A stretch of DNA of 61,065 nt, counting the filler, from Dugesia japonica (taxonomy: Eukaryota): NCBI GenBank assembly GCA_001938525.1. It is 6 parts of 6 records of this genome, joined end to end, with 100 filler letters (N's around TTAATTAATTAA, not from the genome) between each part and the next. Parts side by side here need not be neighbours in the genome. Positions count along the whole stretch, not along the records: positions 42,603 to 52,726 come from MQRL01578042.1; positions 52,827 to 61,065 come from MQRL01613674.1; 4 more parts are not named here. One strand, given 5' to 3'. Below, piece after piece: positions 50,070-61,065 of this stretch. Numbering within the stretch: the stretch's first letter is position 1; each line of letters opens with the position of its first letter. The translations under genes were made by a program, and so were the position numbers. Under the pieces are notes generated by a model. That model searched no databases and was not told the DNA's origin. It worked only from the letters and a program-made list of their open reading frames with translations.

Positions 50070-51390
50070 ATACACTCTAATCCAGTTCCATTGTACTAGC
50101 GTACGGTGAAACACATGTATAGATGTTAGTAATTCTTGACTATAAATATCTGTGCATGGCATGCATAATTATTTTTATAATAAATTGACGAATTGGGGCT
50201 TGAACCGGCATTTTGATTCGAGATCCATCACAGTCTTTCCTTAACCGATTTTCTGGTCTGGATAACCACGCTTTTTGATTGTAAATGGCCTTTAGTGCAT
50301 TTTTAAATATTATCTGTGTTTGTCGGATACATTGTAAACAACTCTCTTCCAATTGCAGTGCTGACAGTGGACAAGTTATTTGGTTAATGTGATTGCAACT
50401 TTCTTTGTATCTTGGTGTCTGGCTCCCCTGGCAAGTGATCGTATAGCATGTAGTGGCATTCATAGCTTCAATTGCCAGAGGTCGACGCATTTGATTATCT
50501 AAACCAAAAGATACGGTTTTAACTTCTTGTGCTATAATGGCTGATTTATCATTAATCATAGATGATGTTATTGGAGTTTGAGAAGTACGAATAATACTTG
50601 GTGTCTTAATTATTTTAGGCATAACCAATTTATTCGAATTATTCAATTTGGTTGTGATTAATGCCATCTTTCCAGTATCCGTGTTTTCGTTGTTGATTTT
50701 ATTATGAAAATCCTGACCTGATGCCCCGCCATCTTTCAGTTTCCTTTCTTTCCTCTGTCTGTCTGCGTATTTTAATACGCCCTCCTTCAATAATCGCGAT
50801 ATTTTTTTCAACTCTGTTTCTATCTTTTCATCTTCTTTTGATTGTAGGTCCGCTTTCTCTTCCGAATTCACATCTTTCTCCGTTAGTTCCCCTTCCCCAT
50901 CTTCTTCAGACTCAGCGTCCTCGCTGAGACGTCTCTTCCTTAATAATGATTCTAGCCCGCTCCATGGTGGAGGGTCAACTGGTTTAGACCATAATACCAA
51001 CCAGTCTCATACTATTAATATCGTGTGGAAGTTCTCAATAGCTCGAGTGAGGGTTTCATTATAAATACTGACACAACGTTCGCATAAGGTGTGTATTTCG
51101 TCTTGTTCCAATGGTACTTGAATTGTTAGCTTGTCATGCATTTTCGCACATCGTTTTCTACTGAGTTTATTTTGTTGTAACAACTCAAGTCTGCGACTAG
51201 CGATTTCCCGCAATGTTGATTTCAAAAATGATTGCAATTTCCATATGCATGCAAGGCAATTTGCCTCGATTAGAGTTGGTGAGATTGGGCATGTCACCTG
51301 AGAGAAGTGCGCACAACAGTTCTCGGGCACTAGTGCCTGCGTTCCTCGTGGAATTATAGGATATATTGCCGTGGTACCCAATGCTTTAAC
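50070..51390 (-). pseudogene. Two copies of an unrecognised ~125-aa Cys-rich domain separated by a charged/low-complexity linker (ORF1 extension)
   Basis: CAHFSQVTCPIS..CLACI..RKRC..LCERCVSIY..FHTILIV*DW aligns with CNHINQITCPLS..CLQCI..RKDC..LCMPCTDIY..FHRTLVQWNW. Confidence 0.75.
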
Positions 51391-51479
51391 TCGCTGGCTT
51401 AATTGACCTAATATGAATACTGGGGTGGATATTTTCCCGAGTATCATTATAGCTTGTTGTGATCGTAATTGGTAACTAT

Positions 51480-52726
51480 TTAACTCCAGATTTTCCGACT
51501 TACGTGGCCTACCTGGCCCTCTATGTTCCGTCGCAGTGGGTGCGGTACTTGTGGATGGCGCAGTTTCATCGCCGCCTTTTTGCATAGGTTGGCGTCGTAT
51601 ATCTTTGGTTTTTCTAATAGGTTCCCTTTCCTTCGAACTTTGAGATTAGTTTCCGTTACTTCACTTACTTCATATGGTCCTTGCCATGGCCTTTTTAGTT
51701 TTGATGTAGTGCCGACACAAATGGCTGGTAAATTGACCAATACCATGTCGCCTTTTTTAAAGGAATGCTGCACTGCTGATTTATCTTGTAAATCTTTATA
51801 ACTCTCCTGGTAAAACCCTACATTCTCCTTGACTTGTTTCCATATTTTCTGCATAGTTTCTTTGAAATTTGCAGCGAAATCTGTTTCGTCTTAGTATTGT
51901 GTTATCAGTGGTTGGAATTCCAAGTCAATGGGCATGTTACACTCTCTGCCGTACATAAGACCAAACGGAGTGTATTTTGTTGCTGGATGTACACTCATAC
52001 GGTAGGCAAATAAACACAGTTGAATATGTTTATCCCAGTTATTTCGTTCCTTTTGAGCGTAACTGGATAACATATTGATCAAGGTTTTATTAAATCGTTC
52101 CATTAATCCATCTGTTTGTGGACGATAAGGTGAGGTTCGTAACTGGTGAATTTTGAGGAAGTTCGATATTTCTACTAATATGTTGCTCATAAAGTTCTTC
52201 CCTTGATAGGTCAATATTTTCTTTGGTGTGCCATATCTGCTGAAAAATTTTCGTACCAGAATATCTGCTATGTAGTCGCTTTTTGATTTTTCATAGGGAA
52301 TGCCTCTGGGAATTTCGACAAGTAATCCATGATTGTTAGTATGTAGATGTTTCCACTCAGCGTTGGTGGTAACGGTCCAACTACGTCTATGGCTATTATT
52401 TCCATAGGTGCGGCGGGGACGGCTATTGGTTTTAATAATGCTTTCACGCGTTTACCAGTTCCTCTTCTGGCAAAACATATTTGACATTCGGCGATCCATT
52501 CCTTCACTGTCTCTGTCATGTGGGGCCAGTAATACTTCTGTCTTAATTTTGACTCGATTTTCTTATGGGACATGTGTCCTCCTAGTGCTCCGTTGTGATA
52601 TTGCTCGAGTAATTTATCTCGTCTTGCTTTAGGAATGACTAATACAGTATTTTCAGCCATCCTTTAGTGACTGCATAACGCCCTCCGTTTTTCTTTAAGT
52701 GTTCTTTCATCTTGGGTTCGCATTCT
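51480..52726 (-). pseudogene. pol: Ty3/gypsy integrase (HHCC, D,D35E, GPY/F) followed by an AT-hook
   Basis: HNGALGGH..YYWP..CQIC, IAIDVVGP, LTYQGKNF (second Asp mutated), YRPQTDGLMERFN, KLKRPWQGPYEV, and RGPGRPRK at 51499-51522. Confidence 0.95.
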
Positions 52727-52826
52727 NNNNNNNNNNNNNNNNNNNNNNNNNNNNNNNNNNNNNNNNNNNNTTAATTAATTAANNNNNNNNNNNNNNNNNN
52801 NNNNNNNNNNNNNNNNNNNNNNNNNN

Positions 52827-52892
<66 letters not shown>
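52827..52892. repeat. (ATT)n microsatellite
   Basis: Directly visible. Confidence 0.95.
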
Positions 52893-52895
<3 letters not shown>

Positions 52896-52929
52896 CTTTC
52901 CTCACATGTAGTATTTGTATTTTAAAATA

Positions 52930-53115
52930 ATCAGAAAAGTGCGTAACTTTTTTTAAAAATTATACATGTGTGGAACTTTTTTAAAAAATAATTAATTAAG
53001 CATTGAATTTTTTATAAAAATATTCATTACCGTTGAACTTTTTTAAAAATAAGTCATTAAGCGTTGAGCTTTTCTTTTAAAAAAATTATAAGCTAGGAAC
53101 TTTTATTTTTAAAAT
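52930..53115. repeat. ~35-bp degenerate tandem repeat, reverse-complement relative at ~57200-57480 and a looser one at ~11770-11920
   Basis: Units of the type GTGGAACTTTTTTAAAAAATAATTAATTAAGC versus AAAAAGTTCCACACTTTTATGATTTTT. Confidence 0.6.
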
Positions 53116-54013
53116 CATACAGTGTGCATATATATAGGATTTATAAGTATATTTAGGAGTTTCGAGTATATGGAGTTTGTGAGTATATATATATTGGGTT
53201 TTTGACTGTATACCTGCGATAATAATTAAAATGACTAATAACCATTCATTTCTTTTAAAACAGGTAACATCTAATAGAAACTAACAAATAACAAGTATGT
53301 ATTTGTTGTAGCGAGTCTATTAGAAGTAGGATTCATAAATTAAATCACTTTTACATTCCAACAATGCAATAAAATATTCTAAATATAGACAATGTTGCAA
53401 CAATTACTTTGGAACTAGAAAATATTCCGGATTTTCACCATAGCAAAATGGATTTTTCAAAGACCCAAATTATTTTTTACTTTAAAGTAATTTTTCATTT
53501 CTTTTTAATAAATTAATATTTTCTTTTAGATACTAGTTATGATAACTCGATGCAAACATAGCTTGTTGATATTAGGAATTAATGAAAAAGATAGGAGCAT
53601 ATTGGAAGCTCTATTTTTAAGACTGAGCAAAGATATCAATTTCGCCGAATCAGTTTACAACAATTCCAAAGAACGAGATGAAAATCATTTTGGTGATATA
53701 ACAAAATGGATGATACAGGTGGAGATAAAAGGTTATAAAAAATCCATTTATACAACAGGTATCATCTGGAAAACCAAAAGCATAGAGAAGAAGATTTAAT
53801 TTGATTGTTGATAAACTTTATGTTTTTTTGATTTTCATTATATATATTTTCGTGTGCATTATTTTTTCTTATTTGTAATACAAATACAAATTTTTTAAAA
53901 TAATTTAAAAACAAATACAATTAAAACTCAATTTATAATTAAATTCTAATAAAAGTAAAAAAACATAATACAAATAATACATTAATGAAAAACAAAAATA
54001 TTTTAAATGTTAG

Positions 54014-54075
54014 TTTGAACCAGAGTTATTTCCTGCTTTAAAGTAAAATATGATCCTTTATATAAATATTTTAAA
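54014..54075 (+). pseudogene. TBP-like gene fragment (copy 2)
   Basis: TTTGAACCAGAGTTATTTCCTGCTTTA encodes FEPELFPAL, then KYDPL. Confidence 0.6.
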
Positions 54076-54319
54076 GGAAACGAATTCAACAGAAATATGA
54101 AGAGAATATTTAACCTGCAATTAATTATTATAAAAAATTGTAATATTATTTAACGATTGCGCACCTGTAGCATTAAATATAAGTTTTTTTAATAGGTTGA
54201 AATATATGTATTTGAATACTGTCTTGTTTTTTTATTTATTTTAATAAAATGAAGACAAAACAATACAAAATAATAAAATTACTCTTTCAGTAAAAAAATG
54301 AACATATATATTCATTTTA

Positions 54320-54496
54320 CAATTGCAATTATTGCGAGTACAATTGTTGAACGTAACCATTGGTCGTTTTTCAGAATTCATTTAAAATAAAAGCTTCGAT
54401 CAAAATTAAAAACTTTATTCCTGACGAAGACAAAGTCGAAATATAGAATTAATCTCAAAAAACAAATTTCGATCGAAGCTTTTATTGTAAATGAAT
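54320..54496. mobile_element. Penelope-like pLTR remnant with inverted arms
   Basis: ATTCATTTAAAATAAAAGCTTCGATC at ~54376 and its near reverse complement at ~54470-54496 flank a hammerhead. Same family as 9695-9961. Confidence 0.65.
54417..54449 (+). ncRNA. Minimal type-I hammerhead ribozyme (PLE type)
   Basis: AUUC-CUGACGA-A-GAC-AAA-GUC-GAAA-UA-UA-GAAU: intact core with an AUA cleavage triplet. Confidence 0.7.
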
Positions 54497-55229
54497 ATAT
54501 ATACATATTATTAATAAAAACTTGTTATTATTTATAATTATTTATTAAGTTTTTTATGAACATATCATAAACATGTCATGAACATGACGCGAGCATGCGT
54601 TTACATCATTATCCATATTACACAGCCACGATGTTAATAAAACATGGTAGCTATGTAAATAATAAACTTTTAAAACTTTATAAAATGTATACTAAAATAA
54701 TGAAATATGATGAAGAATATATTTATTAAAAAATAAAAAATAATAATTACATCAATTTCGTTTAAACAAATAAAACAACACAATGGATATGAATAGAGTT
54801 ACAGCAAAAAATTTAATTCTATTTTGCCATTTCAATTTTTATTTAATTTTGTTCATGAATATTGATTGGACAATAAGTTCAACATAGCTATGGAGACTAA
54901 TTAAGCCATTTTTGAGCTTGCATAAGAATTGAATTTCGTCAATAGATCCATTGTTAATTGTATCTGTTAATTTTTTAATTTCTATTTCTACTTGATTCAT
55001 ATAAATAATGCTTTTGAATTAAAAGTGATTTATTTTACAAAAACTAGTGCTTATATATTCTCTGCAATATATAGATACTTGTTATTTGCTAATTTTTATT
55101 AGATATTACCAATTTTAAAGGAAATGAATAGTTATTATTCATTTTAATTTATATGATTGGATGTATTTCGTTTTAAATGATATGATTTGTTATGTAGATT
55201 ACATAAATAGAACAATTTTTAAAATAAAT

Positions 55230-55550
55230 TCCTATACACTCATAAACCCTAAATATATACTCAAAATCAGTATACACTCACAAACCATACACTAATAAAC
55301 CCTATATTCTCAAATATGCTATATATATATATATATATACAAAACTCTATACACTCACAATTCTATACACTCATAGTCCTTATATACTCAAAAATTCCTA
55401 TATTTATATACTCAAAAATTCTATATATACACTCACAATCACTATATATACTTATAAATCCTATATACATACATATACAAGACGCCATACACTCATAAAC
55501 TCTATCTACTCAAAAGTCTTAAATATATATACTCAAAATTCTATATATAC
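55230..55550. repeat. ~18-20-bp degenerate tandem repeat (TATACACTCATAAACCC-like)
   Basis: Directly visible; reverse complement of the 27960-28135 unit. Confidence 0.75.
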
Positions 55551-55750
55551 AATTTTGAATGTCCGAAATCTAGGTTAACTGATATATTTTAAGTATTTAT
55601 TCAGAAAAAGGGTAAGTATGTAATGACTATCTAATTTCTAAATGTCTGAAATCTATAGTGACTGATATATTATAAAATAAATATACAGAAAAGCGATAAG
55701 TATACGATTAATGTAAAATTTTGAAATTCCAAAATCTAGGATGGTTGATA

Positions 55751-55818
<68 letters not shown>

Positions 55819-55868
55819 NNNNNNNNNNNNNNNNNNNNNNNNNNNNNNNNNNNNNNNNNNNNNNNNNN

Positions 55869-55936
<68 letters not shown>
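55751..55936. repeat. (TTA)n microsatellite with gap
   Basis: Directly visible. Confidence 0.95.
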
Positions 55937-55974
55937 CCATATGCGAGACATAAATAAAAATATACAACTTTTAG

Positions 55975-56300
55975 TTTGAACCAGAGTTATCTCCTGTCTT
56001 ACGACATGATAAATATGGTCTTTTATACATAAATATGTTCACATCATTAAAACTTAGACTATATACTTAGACTTTATCATTTTAATTTGAAAGGATATGT
56101 GGATAACATTACTTCGAATTTATTCAATTTAATTGAAAAAAATTTAGAAAATTTGCTAAACAGATGCAATACAAATACATCTCAAGTACAAATAATATCA
56201 ATTTAAATTTTGATATTTAATTTTCAAATAATTAAATATATTACGTTGTGGTTTGTTAATATGCACATATGATATATTGCATTTCATTATTCATATTTTT
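55975..56300 (+). pseudogene. TBP-like gene 3' half and downstream region (copy 3)
   Basis: FEPELSPVLRHDKYGLLYINMFTS plus ~300 bp colinear with the reverse complement of 5290-5595 (shared ATAACATTACTTC, AATATCAATTTAAATTT and TATTACGTTGTGGT). Confidence 0.75.
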
Positions 56301-56478
56301 TAAAGAAATTTAATAAGCGTTTTTGGCTTTTATCCAAATGTTTACAAATACAGATTATGTTAATGCAGAAATAATCAGTTAATATATAGTCAATATTTAT
56401 GTATGTACATATATCATTTGGGATATTTAGAAATGTAAATTAAATTATATTTTTTTAATTAATTAATATAAAATTATA

Positions 56479-57021
56479 TTGGACGAAAAATATGATCTCA
56501 TATTGCGAAGTCCTACCAAAAAAGTGAGTGAACCAATTTATCGCTTAAATGAAACAGGGAATAATGCATTTAGATTATTAATTAAACTCATTGAAAATAA
56601 ACCCTGTGTCAGATTATTATTGAAGAATTTTCAAGTCCAATTAATGTTTAGCCTATTAAAAGATATAAAATCGGAAATGACGGCTACCTATTTCAGATGT
56701 CCTATATATTTGGATATGAGACAAAAGTAAATTTCTACTTATAAAAATAAAGCGGAAATGGGATATATTGAAAATATGTTGTTAAAATTAGAAAATGAAA
56801 GAAATCTTATTGAAGAAAATCTAACGGGTACTTATATAGGATACAACATAATGGACACGGAGGAAGTTAGAAAACAACTAATTTATAATAGGCAATTCGT
56901 TGTATATATATATATTAAAGTCAAAGAAACATTGTTATTAAAAAACCTTGTTCTAGCCCATAGTTCAATAACATTGAGTGCCGATACAATGGATAAAGAA
57001 ATTAATAAAACATGCATTTGA
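56479..57021 (+). pseudogene. Unknown ~180-aa protein (two same-frame ORFs split by one stop), probably Polinton accessory
   Basis: 56479-56730 and 56758-57021 share a frame and lie just downstream of the TBP-like copy. No recognisable motif. Confidence 0.35.
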
Positions 57022-58469
57022 TTTTCACATGTGCTGTACATGTGTTACCTTTGTGTTATTATTTTATTTTAAATATAAATTTATTTCCTGATTTATTTCT
57101 TTATTTATAAATTTGATATTGAGTAACGTATAAAGTAAGTTTGAGAAGCTCCTTTATAGAGATGTTGTTATACTTGTTATATAACAATATATATGAATTA
57201 TTTTTAACAACTTTCCACACTTTATGATTTTAAAAATAAAAGATCTTCGCTTATGATTTTTTTCTAAAAGAAAAGTTCAATGCTTAATGAATTATTTTTA
57301 AAAGAAATCCACGGTAATAAAATTTTTTTATAAATAGTTCAACTCTAATAAATATTTTTATAAAACATTCCATGCTTAATTAATTATTTTTTAAAAAAGT
57401 TCCACACTTTTATGATTTTTTTCAAACACAAGTACTACACTTTATATATTTTAAATAAACAAAGACTTTCCTCTTTGAATACTTTANNNNNNNNNNNNNN
57501 NNNNNNNNNNNNNNNNNNNNNNNNNNNNNNNNNNNNNNNNNNNNNNNGTTATTTTTGATTTTATTTTATAATAAAATTTTACATAAACTCCCCTCTTTGG
57601 TTATTTTGATAAGTATTAAATAAATATACTTACAATTAAATACAGTTGTAACACACATTCACATAAAAATTACGTGCCTAGAAATATGTTAAACTACTCT
57701 AACCACTAAAATATAACAAAAATCTTAAATAAATCCCTCCCATATAGCATAGCTATGCAAATAATACAAACAATACATCGTAACTATGTAAATATTACAC
57801 TGTTACTACGTAAATAGTAAATAAACTTTTTAAATTTATATTATATTAATTTCATATTACCATAATTGTAATTATGGTAATTATAGTAATATGAAATTAA
57901 AATTTGTATTTTTAATTTCAAATACATTTATAGTAATATATAATTAAGGAATCAATATATTTATCGATTGTTTAATTTCATATTTACATAATTGTATATG
58001 AAATTAAAAATGGCGAGTTTAATTATTTTTTTAATATAATTATTTTTATATGTTAATTTAAATTTGACTTTTAAATGTTAATTTAATTTAAATTAAGGAT
58101 AATCTAATAAAAGATTTCATTATTATATGGTCTATGACGATTAAATTTTCAATAATTATATGGTCTATGATGTTTGAAGATTCCATTATTATAGTAGAAA
58201 ATGTGATACAGATGTCTTAAAAATGCTAAAATAAATAAATTATGTCATGTTTTGAATAAGTAACAATGCGTTGGAATTTCTGACCATTTGCGGATCTGGA
58301 ATCACTGATACCAGAGAGGCACATACCGTAATCGAGCTTAGCCTAGTTAAAACTACGCAAGCTGATAGATAAGTTCAATTATCAATGGACTCGAATTGGA
58401 TGATTACAGACCTTGATGAATTTGCTCCGTCGGACTGTATATGTTGGAGGAGGTAATGTTATGGTATGG

Positions 58470-58888
58470 AAATAAAACAAGACTGTTACTGAAACAATGC
58501 ATGAAAATAATTAATAATTTATTTATTTTAACTAATTAACTTATAAAAAAATATTTCAAATACATCATCGAAACCAAAATAAATCAAAAAAAAATAAAAT
58601 AAAGAGGGAAAAAATGAATAAGAACAAAAATATTTTAAATTTTCCGCCAAAAAAAATGGAAATTAAAACAAAATTTTACGATTATTTTAAAAGAAATGTT
58701 CGGATTTTTGAATCGAAAAAAATAGTTGATTTGATCTAAATCAGATCCAAAATCAATCACTTCGAAAATATCAATTAGATCAGAAATCAATGTGATCAAA
58801 ATACTTCAATAACTAGTAGATCCCTCGTAGATGTGAGAGCATCAAATAACTTGGTGTTATCGAGCTCGTGCGCTGACATCTACCTACT
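58470..58888 (-). repeat. Putative Polinton-type terminal region (AGTAGG start on minus strand)
   Basis: Reverse complement begins AGTAGGTAGATGTCAGCGCACGAGC and shares blocks with 21523-22240. Confidence 0.4.
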
Positions 58889-59970
58889 AAGGTCTTTTTA
58901 TTTTATTGAACTTCAAAATTGTTTGCATCCAATCATTGGTATTTTTAATGACACAATCCACGAAAATTTGTTTTTAATTAATATTTCTAACATTTTCTAA
59001 GCTAAATTAAATATTATATTTTGCCTTTCTTTACGTTTCTCTCTTATTATTATTATCTCTCTTATTATTATTTCGTTGTGATTCTCAGTAAAACACCTTG
59101 TCAATAATATTCTTGATTTCATTTAAATACAGGAGAGTCATGACTAAACTGCTTCATGGTCTATTAAATTGGAAACACACTAGGAAATTGAATGCTTTGT
59201 TAAAAACTGGTGCGCTTTCCACTGCGATTGATGCAGCCACACCTTTAACTAAACTTTTGTATGATGGCTCTATAAAACGAGAGTATAGGTTGTTCATCTA
59301 TAGGACAAGAACAGCTACCATTCTTGTAGGTAGCAATTACGGTATGCCTTTTCAATCCTGTAGGCAGTTTTCTTATGATTTAGAAACTCAAGGGCACGTT
59401 TGTTGTTACTGTGCAGCCTAATCAGCTTTTTGCACATGGCGCCACAATGATTTACTTGAGTGACATGCTCGGTTTAATGGAGTTAATACAATCTTCAAAG
59501 TCAAAGTCGATTGGATCTGTGACCTTGTTAATATGAATGATCGCATTGACTTGCAGCTTATAAATATTAGGAAGAAGCATATCCACTATTAACATTTTTC
59601 ATTTTGGAACTCTTCATAAAATTCTAATGTCAGTCGAGCTAACATGTATAAATTCTAAGCATAGTAAACCATTCAAGTATCACATCATAATACTCGGGTA
59701 CTCAGGAAATCATCAATTGAAATTTATTAAATTGTGAATTTACAAATTAATTCATTCTCCAACCTGATAAATAGAATGTCTATATCGACTTCACCACAAT
59801 TTTTCTTGTATTTAAATATCACTATGAAATTTTAAGTGATAAATTTTAATCATGAAAATAATAACAGTTAAAGTTTTTGCTGGTCGTTAATCATTTGTTG
59901 ATTATCCTTTCAATCAATTGTCCCTTTTATTACATTTCTCACTCAAAATCATATATATATATATTGAATA

Positions 59971-60050
59971 CAGTCGGAACGGATTTACACGTGGTAGTCA
60001 GGGTCCAAAATTTAATTACCACGTGTTAAGTAAACCGCGAGTTACGATGG
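59971..60050 (+). mobile_element. Possible pogo/Tc2-like transposon terminus
   Basis: TA followed by CAGTCGGAACGGATTTACACGTGG with an internal inverted ACACGTGGTA/TACCACGTGT. The other end and the transposase were not identified. Confidence 0.35.
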
Positions 60051-61065
60051 ATATGTGTAATTGAGCAATAATGAAAGATAATAGTGGCATTTGTAAATCG
60101 ATCTTTAAAAAAAACTTAAGAGTACTTATTTTACTATATTCAACACAAAACATCCTTTATTTATAACAAGTTGTAATTGAAAAGTATTTTATCTATATTT
60201 ACGATAAAAAAATGTTTATTGTTTTTCAACGGTTGGATTTATCAAACTATAAGTAGTGACGTCACAGTTGAAAATTGCATAGTAACATTGGAAACAATGG
60301 TACGACTGTGTTTTTGAACCCCATCCTAGCGGGGTCTGATTGTATATGACATTAGACTCTATCCAATCAAAAATTACAAATAAATAAGATTTCACATATC
60401 CCGTTAAGATGGTCGAGTTTAATGTAAATGAAAAGAGAAATTTAGTGTGAGTTTGGATTTTGTTTTTCAAAAGATTATAAATTAACCCAATAGTATAGAT
60501 AAAATGTATCGTAAAGATCAAATTGCGACAGACAAAGGGCTTACATAATATTTAATAATTTATTAACAAAATAAGACATTTTAAAAGTTTAAAATAATCA
60601 GTTTTATTTTAAAAGAAATTTATTAACACTCAATTCCAAATCTGTCCATATTTCTTGTAATTACATTAATTGCCAAATGAACGGTCCCCATACTTGAAGT
60701 TTGCAAATAAAGACGATCCTCACCACTGTAAACTAAATCGGTACGTTTAAGTTGAGGACCGCCTCCAACGAATGTATGAGCCATATCTTCAAAAAATGAA
60801 GATGACGACGGTCTCCATGTCAAAACATCAATTTTATGATATCCTGGTGAAGATGGAACCGAACAAAACCCATATCCATATAATTCTTGTCTTCCACACC
60901 AATCATGATGCCAAACTTGAAAAAAAAGTTTAGGCCATCCTGAAGAAATGTAAAAATAAAAAAAATTTGATGAAGAATAACTATATTATTTAATGTAACC
61001 ATTTGTAGTAATACTGTTGAATGTTTAGGATTACAAATTATAACAGATGTTTAAAAGGAATATAA

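Larger units (their letters stand above)
42603..52726 (-). mobile_element. Internal 3' part of a giant Ty3/gypsy LTR retroelement with two accessory polyproteins and an envelope-like gene
   Basis: Gypsy integrase followed by ~9 kb of near-continuous same-strand coding sequence broken only by single stops, frameshifts and N gaps. Both ends are cut by scaffold linkers; no LTR seen. Confidence 0.88.

Noticed and set aside
42783-52632. Plus-strand ORFs overlapping the giant gypsy element (for example 43605-44099, 45264-45497, 51523-51801)
   Set aside because: Antisense shadows of the minus-strand polyproteins: Ser/Phe/Leu-rich with no motifs.
21523-58888. One 37-kb Polinton bounded by the two inverted AGTAGG blocks
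   Set aside because: The blocks are on different scaffolds, are only partly similar, and their 6-bp flanks (TGAAAT vs AAGGTC) do not form a TSD.
59098-59421. 107-aa ORF as a real gene, and ORFs at 60216-61002
   Set aside because: No recognisable domain or supported gene structure; left unassigned.

Overview
Very AT-rich eukaryotic DNA (invertebrate; a planarian/flatworm-like origin is my inference) made almost entirely of decayed mobile elements. No intact host gene, tRNA, rRNA or CRISPR array is recognisable. Five N-TTAATTAATTAA-N linkers (13262, 22285, 33371, 42547, 52771) show that the window is a concatenation of roughly 9-13 kb scaffolds, so adjacency across them is not biological. The most striking segment is 42603-52726 (minus strand), the 3' part of a giant Ty3/gypsy element whose integrase is followed by about 9 kb of accessory coding sequence in two polyproteins. 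ORF1 continues from integrase into an AT-hook, two copies of an unrecognised Cys-rich domain and a type-I membrane protein with a PPxY tail. ORF2 holds six ~230-aa repeats each starting with a ubiquitin-like domain, then a Bcl-2-like domain (BH3/BH1/BH2 motifs) whose C-terminal hydrophobic segment also looks like the signal peptide of a chuvirus-like glycoprotein. The window also has two decayed Polinton/Maverick copies (ATPase, integrase, minor and major capsid, adenain protease, pPolB N-terminus), a TATA-binding-protein-like gene inside the first copy with two more fragments elsewhere, Penelope-like pLTRs carrying minimal hammerhead ribozymes, and hAT, mariner, DD39D-like, MULE and Chapaev remnants. 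All family calls come from motif recognition by eye; no database searches were run.
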